From NCBI GenBank assembly GCA_951406725.2, contig OX597815.1, positions 208,692,001 through 208,756,000 of the forward strand: DNA of 64,000 nucleotides, written 5' to 3'. Positions within the stretch are counted from its first letter, which is position 1. Every line of letters starts with the position of its first letter. The position numbers and the translations under genes were made by a program. Shown here piece after piece: positions 24,368 through 36,882 of the stretch. The notes below the pieces were generated by a model. It was not told the origin of the DNA. It did no database searches and saw only the letters and a list, made by a program, of their open reading frames with translations. This stretch comes from Octopus vulgaris (Eukaryota).

Positions 24368-25570
24368 AGACATGCTTCTGTACTGCTTAAGTATACCATA
24401 TTTCACACCCTAAGCATTGGTCAGCCTGTGGCATTCAGTAGAAGAGACTTGCTCAAGATGGCATTCCATGAAGCTAGAGTCCGAAACCATATAGTTGCAA
24501 AGCACATTTCTTATCCACCCAGCCATACATTAAATTAATCTGGTTGATTGAGTGGTGATGCAGATATTGGTACTGTAAAGAATTGAGTTGAAGGGAATCT
24601 TACAAGTGATTATTTGGCTTTTGATGAATTTCTATTTTGTCTGTGCTCAGAATTACATCATGTGATGTGTTGATTGTGATTGATATCAGTTCTTGTCTGA
24701 AGCTAATTTAGCTGTTGGGAGAAATAAAAAAATGTTTCAATGCTTGCCCTATAACTAAGCAAATGTCTGAAATTATTTATAAATGAGATAAATTTAAATA
24801 AAAAACCAGGAAGAAGTTGTAGGAAATAAAATGTAGTTTTTTGCTGTACGACTATTCTGATTATTGAGTAGAGATGTATTTTTGTTTTCATGTGGCAGAG
24901 TTCTGACAGGAAATAGAGAAACAGATTTTCTACTTTACATATTGTAGAGTACTTGAAGATAATATTTTTTATAAGTTAAAAAAAAACAAAAAAAAAAAAC
25001 GAATTCCATCTAATGCAACTTTCCAATATATTAAAAATTTATAAATATAAGTATTTGAACTACAACAGAAAAAAAAAAAAAAAGAAACAGCAAAAAATTT
25101 ATTTATAGATTTTCAAGAAATTTTGCGTAAATTGCAAAGGACATTACTTAATAAAGAAAGGGAGAAAAAATAAAATCCTAAAAACATTTGAATTGAGTTA
25201 ACATCCATCAAAAATTTGATGAGATTTGCTGTGACATTAATTGTTATTAAATTTTGTCTCATATAAGAAGAGCTTTATATTATTACCGAATGTATTTTTT
25301 TTCTGCTTGCTTAATATGTTGGCGATGGATTAAGCTACAGAATCTCTCAGTTCATGCATTTGACAATGGTTGTGACAGTGCTGTCATCATTGGGTGTTTA
25401 GTTTACACCTTGCTTTCCGTGCTGCAACGGGGTTTCATGGTTCAATGGCATGAGACGAATCAGAGGACTGCATCATGCTTCAGCGTCTCGGTTTTGGCCG
25501 GATTTCTACAGCTGGATGCTATCCCTAACATCGACTACTTTACGGAGTGAACCATGTTTTTTTTTATCTA

Positions 25571-25976
25571 TTTTACTCTTTTACTTGTTTCAGTCATTTG
25601 ACTGCGGCCATGCTGGAGCACTGCCTTTAGTCAAGCAAATCGACCCCGGGACTTATTCTTTGTAAGCCCAGTACTTATTCTATCGGTCTCTTTTGCCGAA
25701 CCGCTAAGTTACAGGGACGTAAACACACCATCGGTTGTCAAGCAATGCTAGGGGGGCAAACACAGCCACACAAACACACACATACATACATATATATATA
25801 TATACATATATACGACAAGCTTCTTTCAGTTTCCGTCTACCAAATCCACTCACAAGGCATTGGTCGGCCCGGGGCTATAGCAGAAGACACTTGCCCAAGA
25901 TGCCACGCAGTGGGACTGAACCCGGAACCATGTGGCTGGTACGCAAGCTACTTACCACACAGCCACTCCTGCGCCT
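25571..25976 (-). mobile_element. SINE family A
   Basis: Full-length reverse complement copy. Confidence 0.9.
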
Positions 25977-27164
25977 ATTTATTTATTATTTTTTTCTTTT
26001 GTGTGAGGTACCAATCCTATCCCTCCATGCAGCTTGCTTGAGTAGAGAGCTTTAAGTGCCTTCATGAATGAATGGAAAAAAGAAGAGGCAGTGAGATGGT
26101 TTTATATGATGAGAGGAATGGATTTATTATTATGAGAGGTTGTAACAGAGGTGATCTTGTTAGAGGGTAGAGTATAGACGAAATAAGATAAAAAGAGAGG
26201 GATTAGTATTAGAATTCAATGTGAAAGTACTTCCTTTAACTTTTTGACATTTAATCTGACCATATTGTACCATCTCAAATATTGTACATGTTTTGTGTCC
26301 AAACATATAGCCTCTAGACAAAAGGAAGAGAAAGATTCGATTTTTTTTTTGTAGACTGAGAGGCTGGTTTATTAGAGACCCCCTCCATAAGGTCATTTTT
26401 TTTTTTGGACCATGAGGAGACTGTACCAGGCTGCACTGTCTGTTTGAGCAAGGTTTTACAGTTGAATACACTTCCTAACACCAACCATCTTACGAGAGCT
26501 TATATCAAGTAATGTATGTGTGTGTGTGTGTCTTTGTACATTTCATCACCCTTCTGTCCTTCTTTTCTTCTTCGTAGTCCATCATCCCTTGTTCATTTAT
26601 TCAGAGGTAAATAAACGATGCATTTGATAATAAGAAAATCATTGCGGACAGAGCTTGGATTTCCAAATGTGTTGATAATACAACTCCAAGATTGATTCTC
26701 ACTCAGGTCGGCTGTATGTGAGGGTAGGCAGTGAGCAAAATGTTTCTTATATAACTTTCTGCTATCTGTTTACTTCTTAATTACTTAGTAAGGGTGGGTT
26801 GGGCTGGGTGAATGGGATATCCATCACTTTTACAGGTCCTACCAACTTGGAGAAGTTTAAATGGATGATTGTATTCAAAGATCTCGAATTAGCATGTGTT
26901 GTGTGTGTAGTTGGTTTTCAAACGAAACACCTAGGCTGCAGTTAATGATTCTCTTGCAAGCTCACACTGTGTTTACTAATTCTATTAATTTCACACGGCA
27001 AAGACTGTCTAAAAGCTTCCTCTTTCAGGAATTATGGCAAATTTAGTTTGATACGTTCAGTGTTTAATAGGTCACTTTAGTTTAATTGAAACAGAAATTA
27101 GCTGCTTGCGTGTCGCCTCTGATAAATGCCATAACAATCAGTGTAGACAACTGAAGTGTTTGTG

Positions 27165-27167
<3 letters not shown>

Positions 27168-27235
<68 letters not shown>
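27168..27235. repeat. (TG)n microsatellite
   Basis: Directly visible pure repeat. Confidence 0.97.
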
Positions 27236-27236
<1 letters not shown>

Positions 27237-27570
27237 GAGATGATTTGCTGAAGTTTTGGAATAATCAGGTGAATGATTAAAAACAAAAACAATTGTCACA
27301 TTTTGGCTGTCTGTTGCTTGTTTTGTGTAAACTGTATGGCTTCAAATGATCAATCTAGTTCCAAGTGGACGTACATAGATATAGGGAGTCAGGGAGGAAC
27401 ATAACGTAGATGTTTGAATATGTAGCAATTAAGAGAAGAACCATTGTAAACATAGTTTTCACTTGTTTCAACAAATAAATGAGCAGTGAATTTACTTGGT
27501 TTTCTGTGTTTTCAAATGTAATGATACTTCACTTACAATCCATGATGGGATTGAGTCACTTGCTTGAGAA

Positions 27571-27945
27571 ATCATCATCATCGTTTAGCGTCCGCTTTCC
27601 GTGCTAGCATGGGTTGGATGGTTCGACCGGGGTCTGTGAAGCCAGAAGGCTGCACCAGGCCCAGTCTGATCTGGCAATGTTTCTACGGCTGGATGCGCTT
27701 CCTAACGCCAACCACTCCATGAGTGTAGCGGGTGCTTTTTACGTGCCAGACGAGGCTGGCAACGGCCATGGTCGGATGGTGCTTTTTACATGCCACCGGC
27801 ACGGAAGCCAGTCGGTGCGGCACTGGCAATGGCCACGTTCAGATGGTTCTCTTATGTGCCACCAGCACTGGTATCACAGCTACAATTTCCATTCATGTTG
27901 ATCGATTTTGATTTTTGATTTTTTGATTTTCACTTGCCTCAACAA
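27571..27945 (-). mobile_element. Family B element
   Basis: (CAT)n tail, conserved body, (GATTTT)n tract near the 5' end. Confidence 0.85.
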
Positions 27946-27965
27946 GTCAAAAATATGTATCTATA

Positions 27966-28277
27966 CTGTTAATAAATAATAATTATAAACTTTAAGCTTA
28001 TAAACATTCACTGTGTATTAGCGATAGAAAATGGTTTTATATTAGGGCCTATAAGCCCTCGATGGGGGAAAAATGGGTATTAGTACACAGGGGAATTGAA
28101 CCCACACATTATTTTCACGATAAACATATACTAAAATGAGTGGTATGGGTTCGATTCCCATGCATACTGATACCCATTTTTGTCTGTGGAGGGCTTTATG
28201 CCCCTATGATAGACTATTTCTCTAGCCAATACAGGCTGAATGCTTATAAGCTTAAAGCTTATAATTACTATTTACAG
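27966..28277. repeat. Imperfect fold-back, ~150-bp arms (probable old MITE)
   Basis: TAATTATAAACTTTAAGCTTATAAACATTCA vs TGAATGCTTATAAGCTTAAAGCTTATAATTA; AAAAATGGGTATTAGTA vs TACTGATACCCATTTTT. Confidence 0.8.
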
Positions 28278-28509
28278 AATTTGCACTCCTCATCATTTCT
28301 TAATTCAATGCATTTAGGTTTAAATAAATGGAACTGAAATCAGTTCATATTCTGTTGCACAAATCTATCTTTTTTTTTCCTTTTACTTGTTTCACTCATT
28401 GGACTGCGGTCCTGCTTGGGTCCTGTCTTGAAGGGTTTTGTCAAACAAATCAACGACATATAACCTGTAGGTACTATTCCTTATTGATTGTTTGGCATTG
28501 TGGTACCTA

Positions 28510-29093
28510 TTCTTTTCTACTCTAGGCACAAGGCCCGAAATTTTAGCGGAGGGGGCCAGTTGGTTAGATCGACCCCAGTACGAAACTGGTACTTAATTTA
28601 TCGACCCCGAAAGGACGAAAGGCAAAGTCAACCTCGGCAGAATTTGAACTCAGAATGTAAAGACAGATGAAATACCTATTTCTTTACTACCCACAAGGGG
28701 CTAAACACAGAGGGGACAAACAAGAACAGACATAGGTATTAAGTCGATTAGATCGACCCCAGTGCGTAACTGGTACTTAATTTATCGACCCCGAAAGGAT
28801 GAAAGGCAAAGTCAACCTCGGCAGAATTTGAACTCAGAACGTAAAGACAGACGAAATACCTATTTCTTTACTACCCACAAGGGGCTAAACACAGAGGGGA
28901 CAAACAAGGACAGACATAGGTATTAAGTCGATTAGATCGACCCCAGTGCGTAACTGGTACTTAATTTATCGACCCCGAAAGGACGAAAGGCAAAGTCAAC
29001 CTCGGCAGAATTTGTACTCAGAACGTAAAGACAGATGAAATACCACCAAGCATTTCACCCGGCGTGCTAATGATTCTTCCAGCTCGCCACCTT
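28510..29093 (-). mobile_element. SINE family C array: head plus three body units (184-bp period)
   Basis: GAAATACC junction recurs with TACC at 28673, 28857 and 29041; the last unit has a variant 3' end. Confidence 0.9.
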
Positions 29094-29114
29094 GTGGGTA
29101 ATAAAGAAATAGGT

Positions 29115-30688
29115 TGCAATTTCTTCACATTACTGTGCACCTGTGCTTTTTTTGAACCTTGGTGATGACGAATGCTTCCATTGAGAGGACTGGAACTTAG
29201 TTTCCAGTTTGTAACCCCAAACCCCAGTTTTATCACCAGTGATGATGGTCTTCATGAAGTCTGGGTCATGGTTTGCACAGTCCAGCAAGTCCTGAGCGAT
29301 TTCCATGCATTGTTGCTTCTGCTGCTCTGTCAACACTTTTGGGGCAAATTCTGCTGATATTCTCTGCATTTCACAAATCCTCTATCAAAATGGAATGCAC
29401 TGATCCTGTGCTCAGTCCCACTTCATTAGTGATTTCCTGGATTGTCACCTGCTGGCCCTCCATGACTATTCGTCGACCCCTCAATCAACTCTGCATTTCG
29501 GCCTGTGGATTGCCTGCCTGAGCATGTTTCATCCACCACTAAGGTACAACCATGTCTGAAGCAGTTGTACCACTCCTTGATCTGAGTTTTTCCCCAGGGC
29601 ATCATTGCTGAAAGCTTACTGAATCTTCTGTTTGATTTGATTTTGAGTATCATCAAGTTTCTAGCAAAACTCTGCTCAGCATATTTGGACATGTTGCATG
29701 AAAATGATAACCTGCACTACATGTTTCTACTCTTGGCATAACAGCTGGGAACTGACATGACCTTCCAGCATGTAAATTTTTCACACATGCACTGAAACAG
29801 TAGTGTTTTCTGTTTGTTCCTTCTCGAGCCACGCCTGGCACATAAGGGCCAGTTCCCCGGTTTCCTTGGCGTATAGGTTCCCCACCTGGATGGGATGCCA
29901 GTCCGTCGCAGGTGAGCTGCAAGATGCAGGATGAAAGAGAGAGAGAAAGTTGTGGCGAATGAGTCAGCAGAAGTTTGCCATTACCTTCTCTCGGAGCTGC
30001 GTGGAGCTTAGGTGTTTCGCTTATAAACACACACATCGTCTGGTCTGAGATTCGAAACTGCGATCCCTTGAGCACGAGTCCGCTGCTCTAACCACTAGGC
30101 CATGTGCCTCCACTAAAGCCTAGCCAGGTTGATGGGCCTGGTTTCCCGGTTTCAATGGTGTATGTGTTCCCCAGCTGGATGAGACACCAGTCCATCACAG
30201 CGTTACTCATTTTTGCCAGCTGAGTGGACTGGAGCAACGTGAAATGAAGTGTTTTGCTCAAGAACACAACACGTCACCCGGTCCAGGAATCAAAACCACA
30301 ATCTTACGATCATGATGCTGACACCCTAACCACTAGGCCATGTGCCTCCACTAAAGCCTAGCCAGGTTGATGGGCCCAGTTTCCCAGTTTCTATGGCGTA
30401 TGTGTTTCCCAGCTGGATGAGACACCAGTCCATTGCAGTGTTACTCATTTTTGCCAGCTGAGTGGACTGGAGCAATGTGAAATGAAGTGTTTTACTCAAG
30501 AACACAACGTGTTGCCCGGTCCAGGAATCAAAACCACAATCTTACGATCATGATGCTGACACCCTAACCACTAAGCCATGCACCTCCACTGAAACAGTAG
30601 TGTTACCTCCAGCTCCAAAGATTTTGCCCACATGGCATTAGTTTTGGCTGGAAAAAATATAGTTGGATGCTTTTTAAACAGACCTCAT
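29115..30688 (-). pseudogene. Degraded mariner transposase element interrupted by a SINE trimer
   Basis: Frameshifted peptides KTQIKEWYNCFRHG...SGRQST and FAPKVLTEQQKQ...DFMKTIITGDKTGVWGYKLETKFQSSQW (mariner HTH and GDETW regions); TIR-like TATGAGGTCTGTTTAAAAAGCATCC on the minus strand from ~30688. Confidence 0.82.
29808..30586 (-). mobile_element. Head-to-tail SINE trimer (two family F units plus one family D type 2 unit) bounded by one TSD
   Basis: Heads GTGGAGG(C/T)(A/G)CATGGC at ~30589, 30351 and 30113; CACTGAAACAGTAGTGTT duplicated at 29790-29807 and 30587-30604. Confidence 0.88.
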
Positions 30689-31088
30689 ATATTATATATA
30701 TAATATATAAGGAGTATATATGTCATAATTAAATTATATGTTTTGTACTTTATTGCATTTTGTTATGCAAATCATTTCCCAGTCTGAGGAAAAATGACCT
30801 GGCATGGAACTAATCAATGGTATGAAAAAGAAAAAAGATTGGAGACTGCTGACCAGAGAGTCAGGTGTCAGTGATAAATGAGACAATCTGTTAAGTATGG
30901 TACTGTCACCCAAAAGGTACCTTAAAATCAAAAAAAAAAAAAATTACAGGTGTTATCAATAAACTGGTCAGTGTGTTTATCCTGTTATTCTACCTGTTTT
31001 ATGTTCAAACTGGCCAGATCCTGCCTCTCACTGCAACCCTGCAATATCATTCTATAAATAATCAGTCATATCATTGAAATCTCAAATT

Positions 31089-31370
31089 ATCATCATCATC
31101 ATCATCATCGTTTAACGTCCGTTTTCCGCGCTAGCACGGGTTGGACGGTTCGACCGGGGCCTGGGAAGCCAGGAGGCTGCACCAGGCTCCGGTCTGATCT
31201 GGCAGTGTTTCTACAGCTGGATGCTCTTCCTAATGCCAACCACTCCGCAAGTGTAGTGGGTGCTTTTTACGTGCCAGGGGAAGCTGGCAGCGGCCACGAT
31301 CGGTTGGTGCTTTTAACATGCCACTGGTACGGAAGCCAGCCAAGGTGGTGCTGGCATCGGCCACATTCGG
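31089..31370 (-). mobile_element. Family B element inserted in an M2 MITE
   Basis: (CAT)n tail plus body; flanks belong to an M2-like MITE ending AATGTAAAAGGG|TTAA at ~31444. Confidence 0.82.
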
Positions 31371-31804
31371 TGTGATTAATCCAAAATAGTGTGAATATAT
31401 AATCATCGCATTTGACTGGGTAACCTGAATGTAAAAGGGTTAAAAGAAACCCAGAGAATCAAATGTTGGAGGTAAATGGATGGGGCAGTGTGTTAGGCAT
31501 GGCTCAATCATCTTACTCAAGAGACACCTAGAAAATCAGGTGTTGGTGATTAACTGGTCACCATTTTAAATGTGCCACTTAAAAAACTATGGCCATAGTG
31601 TAAAATGTGTTTGGATGTCGATAGTATTATTGTACTGCTGCTTGCCTAATTACAGATTCCTTGTTTAGCCACATTACTCCTGGCCTTCAATATGAATCTG
31701 TGCTTTTGACTGTTTAATTTTAATAATAGAAATCAATTATCTTTGTGTTGACTAAAGAATAAAAATAAATCCTTAAGACGTAGAGAGGAAGAGTAGGATA
31801 ACAT

Positions 31805-31921
31805 TTGTATTTATGTTTAGGCACACATACACGCGTGTTGTGTGTATATACATATCTGTATATATGTATATGTATATATCTATCTATCTATATATACATA
31901 CGCACACACACACATATATAT

Positions 31922-31955
<34 letters not shown>

Positions 31956-31975
31956 TGCACAACAAATATATAAAC

Positions 31976-32015
<40 letters not shown>

Positions 32016-32120
32016 CATGTGTGTGTGTGTGTGTATGTATATATATTTATATGTATATATATATATATATATATATTCACGTGTGTGTTTGTGTATACAT
32101 ATATATATATATTTACATAT
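31805..32120. repeat. Compound (TA)n/(TG)n/(CA)n microsatellite
   Basis: Directly visible. Confidence 0.95.
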
Positions 32121-34041
32121 TCTTCTTGCTAGTTTATTGTAACACTTTCTCTATTTCTTCTCCGTGAAATTGTCCATATTGACATACAAAAGATATAATC
32201 ATTACTTTTATTTCTTCTCGTTACCAACAAAACAAAACAAAACAAAACAACAAAAATACTTCCCACACAATTGCGGCAGTGCCACTCGAGATAACACTGG
32301 TAGCTGGCAGCAGCTTACATTTCAGAACTTGTAAGAAATATCTTTTTCGTCGCATTACGATGAGAAAGTAGTGATTGTGATGTATCTATTGCATATTCCA
32401 CGAAAGAACAAAGTGTAAAAACAACGAAAACAAAGAGCAAGGAAAGGGGAAAAAAAAAAAAAAAAATAAAAGCAGTAAGCGTGGAGTATCTTTTTGAATA
32501 ATCATTGCTTCTTAATTGATTTTCCCTGAACTGAATATAGCTTCTTTTGATTCTCACCTCAGCCTGACCCTTCGAATAGATCTAAGGCTATGTGCCAAGT
32601 GTAACTGTACAAGTGTGGCCATTAAACATGCATGTGGGTGTGTATATGCAGTATTAAGCATACATACTGCAGTGCTTAATTCTGGTATGAGTTCTTTATT
32701 TTGTGTTTTCTTCCTGCTTTTCTAGTCTTCATTTCCCACTGCCCTTGGTAATAGATGGAGCTAATTGCTCTAGGTAACAGGACTTTGAAATCTATCATGG
32801 CATAATTCTTTGATGTAATGATTTCATCTGATTAGTCAATGGACTTGGTTTTCTATATGGATTGCTTAGGGAATTTCTTTGCGCTTCATTTCTTTTTGTT
32901 TTTTAATCTCTCTCTCTCTCTCTTGTTTTCTTTGGTTTTCCTGAGATGATTCATCAGATTTATTTCTGTGTTGTTGCTGTAACACTTGTCTGTGTCTACC
33001 ATTCTTTGCTACAAAGAAGGAGACTCTAATTCCGATTGTTGCCGATTATGGTTCCTTGCAAATGCTTTCATGCTGGCAATAGCTTTGATATATATATATA
33101 CTACTCTTCAAGTGATTCATATTCTTGAAAGTAGGTTTTATTATATTATTAATTTCTAAAAGAACAAAAAGAAAAAATGCCTCGCTTGCATCTATGTAAA
33201 CCTATTAGAATGGTGGTGGGAATCATGAGTTTGGGGGGAAAAAAAGCAACAGCAAAGAGAATGCCATTTGCTTTAGTTCTGGGCATAAAACACTTCACCA
33301 CATTTACAAATTTATCAGACCCGAAGATAATGTATAGATATTATTATTCATAGTTAATATATTATCTGTTTGAATTATAGTTGATAACACAATAGTAATG
33401 AGTATAATATTGATACTTCTAATGATATGGATGCAACATTTACAGAGATTTATTGAGTCTTGTGTGTTTATACGTTTCATGGGTATGTGTGTTTGCGTGT
33501 GTGGTGCTTTGTGTATATGTTTGTATTGGAAATACCCCAAAATATGCCCAGATATTTATACATGGCAAAAAAAAGAAAGAAGAAAAGAACGATAAAAACT
33601 GATTTTAAATATTCTAACCTCATAAATGTATTATTGGCATACATAAATTTGTGACAGTTTCTCTGGAGCTTTCTGCTAAATTTTCGTCCTTCTGTTTTTA
33701 AAGTGACACTATCTTAATATATTAATACTTGCATTCATATAATACTTTTTTCACTTACAATATATAATAAATTCACATGTTCTCGCACAAATTTGTGTGC
33801 TTGCAAACACTGAGGTTGATTCTATCATTATTGTTTGCTTTTCACAAAATTTCTCCTTCTCATCTTTTGTCCTTTACACAATGGAAGAAGAGTTGGGTTC
33901 ATTCTTATTGTGGAATTTTTACTTATATCAGAATAACAAATAGTTTCTTTTCTCTGATTTTTATTTCCAGAACAAATGCTAATGCAGTTTAACCGAGTGA
34001 AACTTGAGTTCATTTTGTGTGCATCTTCATCTGTTCCTTAA

Positions 34042-34974
34042 CCCTTTCGTTACCAAACCGCCCGAAAAAAATTTTGGTTAATGTGACCAAGCCGCCCCAA
34101 ACCGCCCAAATTTACCTATTCATATTTAAATGAGAATATCAGAGCAAATCTCTTTAGTACATTCGTGAAAACATGTATTATACTTCATAAAGAGTTCAAC
34201 TACAGTTTTGTACAAAAATCGAAGTGTAATTTTAATTCCGTGAATTTTGGGAGATTTTTTTTCCGAAATTTGTTCCTATTGTGTTTTTCAAAATTTGTAA
34301 TTCTGACAAAAAATGGATACAAATTTCATTATATCAAGCAGCGAATCAGAATTCGAAGGATTTTCTACTGAAGACCTTCATAAATCTAACTCTATGACTG
34401 AAAAAAAAAAAAAGCATGTGGTATTTGATAATGAATCTGATGTTTCATTTTCCGAAAGTGAAAACAGTGAATCCGAGAGCTCCAACAGCGATAAAGAAAA
34501 TGAATTGGCACCTGAATGGAGTGAAAATTTGAAAACTGTTTCTTTCGGTGATTTTTCTGAAGAAACTGGACCAAGCCACAGACTTTCCCAGAAGAGTAAA
34601 GTCTTAGACTATTTCCTTTTACTTTTTCGAATGAGCCTATTTGAAATCATTACGGCAGAAACGAACCGTTACGCTAAACGCAAACAAAGCGAAAGAAAGT
34701 GGTTTCCCATAACCTTAAATGAAATTAAGACTATTTTGCCATAAATATTATTATGGGTATCAGAAAGTTACCCAGAATAACAAATTCTATCGTAAAATTT
34801 TGTTGTATACCCAATTGAATATTAGCTAATAACCTATTTTCTATAGCGATGTTTGAACAAAATTTTAATAATTTTATATTTTGTTGAATTTACGTGTATC
34901 TACCTGCAATTAGAGTCACTTTGTGACAAAAATTATAGTATAGAATTTGGGTCAGAAATATAGTAACGAAAGGC
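34042..34974 (+). mobile_element. Internally deleted piggyBac transposon retaining the 5' part of the transposase
   Basis: TTAA|CCCTTTCGTTACC...TAGTAACGAAAGGC|TTAA. ORF 34313-34744 has an acidic Ser-rich N-terminus then DYFLLLF...IITAETNRYA...WFPITLNEIK, continuing out of frame as IIMGIRKLPRI, typical of piggyBac/PGBD transposase N-termini. Catalytic domain absent. Confidence 0.9.
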
Positions 34975-35864
34975 TTAATCATACATTTCTCTTCTATTTT
35001 TTGTCATCCTCCAGTGTGGCTGTGTGGTTAAGAAGTTTGCTTCCCAACCACATGGTTTCAAGTTCAGTTACATTGTGTAGCACTTTGGGCAAGTGTCTTC
35101 TATGCCCCAGGCCCATCAAAATCGTGTGAATGGATTTGGTTGAGGGGAAACTGTAGGAAGCATGCTTGTGTGTCTCCTTGTCTTGACATCATGTGATAGT
35201 TATAAATGATTGTCACTATAACACAAGCAGTGTCATTCATTTCCAATATCCTGTAAGAATGCATCTGGCCATGGGGAAGCATTACCTTGCTTAGAATCAT
35301 ATAAGGGTTGACAACAGGAAAAACCTGCCCCTGTAAACCCCATGTGATCCGTGCAAGTATGGCGAGGCAACCGTTGAAGTGATTATGTTGACGATGACTG
35401 ATAGTTATGCTGATAATGATGATAATTGCTTGCATTATGAGTTGCAACAAAAATTTGCTATACACTCATTCAGTGTCCAAGCATAGCTGGCTTGTGACAT
35501 TTTGTGGTTTTGGCATAGTTTTTAGAGCTGGATGCCCTTCCAAATGCCAACCACTTTACAGTGTGGACTGGATACTTTTCACCTGGCAATGTCCATGAAG
35601 AAATATTTGCCAGTAATAATAATGACTTCAAATGTTGGCACAAGGGCAGCAATTTCTTTGGGTGGTGGGAATAAGTCGATTATATCAACCCCAGCGTTTG
35701 ACTGGCGCTTATATTGTTGACTATTAAAAGATGAAAGGCAGAGTTGACCTCGGTAGAATTTGAACTCAGAATGTAAAGACAAACAAAATGCTGATAAACA
35801 TTTTGCCTGGCTTGCTAATTAGTCTGCCAGCTCATCCACCCTATTTACCAGTAATAATAATAAT

Positions 35865-36163
35865 GTTTGTTCCTTCTCGAGCCATGCCTGGCTCATAGGG
35901 CTGGTTTCCCGGTTTCCTTGGCGTATAGGTTCCCCACCTGGACGGGACACCGGTCCGTCGCAGGTGAGCTGCAAGATGCAGGAGGAAAGAATGAGAGAAA
36001 GTTGTGGCAAAAGAGTCAGCAGAAGTTTGCATTACCTTCTGCCGGAGCCGCGTGGAGCTTAGGTGTTTCACTCATAAACACACACATCGCCCGGTCTGAG
36101 ATTCGAACCCGCAATCCTTCAACTGTGAGTCTGCTGCTCTAACCACTAGGCCATGTGCCTCCA
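35865..36163 (-). mobile_element. SINE family D, 3' module type 2
   Basis: Near-identical to 29808-30113 (CTCACCTGCGACGGAC...CCCGTCCAGGTGGGGAACC...GGCTCGAGAAGGAACAAAC). Confidence 0.88.
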
Positions 36164-36220
36164 CAATAATAATAATCACAACAACAATTACAATGACGAT
36201 GATGATGATGCTAGCTGCTG

Positions 36221-36454
36221 AAGGCGGTGAGCCGGCAGAACCGGTAGCACGCTGGGCAAAATACGTAGCCGTATTTCGTCTTCCATTACGTTCTGAGTTC
36301 AAATTCCACCAAGGTCGACTTTGCCTTTCATCCCTTCGCGGTTGATTAAATAAGTACCAGTTATGGACTGGGGTCGATATAATCAACTCAATCCGTTTGT
36401 CTGTCCTTGTTTGTCCCCCACTGTGTGTAGCCCCCTGTGGGTAGTAAAGAAATA
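36221..36454 (+). mobile_element. SINE family C monomer with TSD
   Basis: AAGGCGGTGAGCCGGCAGAA...GTAGTAAAGAAATA; GATGATGCTAGCTGCTG duplicated on both sides. Confidence 0.9.
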
Positions 36455-36493
36455 GATGATGCTAGCTGCTGCCATAATAATGATGATAAACCA

Positions 36494-36882
36494 TTTGGAG
36501 GCACAATGGCCCAGTGGTTAGCGCAGTGGACTCGCGGTCATAGGATCGCGGTTTCGATTCCCTGACCCGGCGTTGTGAGTGTTTATTGAGCGAAAACACC
36601 TAAAGCTCCACGAGGCTCCGGCAGGGGATGGTGGTGATCCCTGCTGTACTCTTTCACCACAACTTTCTCTCATTCTTACTTCCTGTTTCTGTTGTACCTG
36701 TATTTCAAAGGGCTGGCCTTGTCACTCTCTGTGTCACGCTGAATCTCCCTGAGAACTACGATAAGGGTACACATGACTGTGGAGTGCTCAGCCACTTACA
36801 CGTTAATTTCACGAGCAGGCTGTTCCATTGATCGGATCAACCGGAACCCTCGTCGTCATAACCGACGGAGTGCTTCCATCCA
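36494..36882 (+). mobile_element. SINE family D, 3' module type 1
   Basis: Matches 5452-5840; TSD GATAAACCA at 36485-36493 and 36883-36891. Confidence 0.9.

Noticed and set aside
25735-26055. Recurrent ORFs such as ...SFSFRLPNPLTR.WSARGYSRRHLPK.PRSGTEPGTMWL (many loci)
   Set aside because: Antisense translation of SINE A; recurrence reflects repeat copy number, not a protein family.
34313-34744. Possible domesticated PGBD gene
   Set aside because: Frameshifted after 143 aa, lacks the catalytic core and still bounded by TIRs and TTAA; a deletion derivative.
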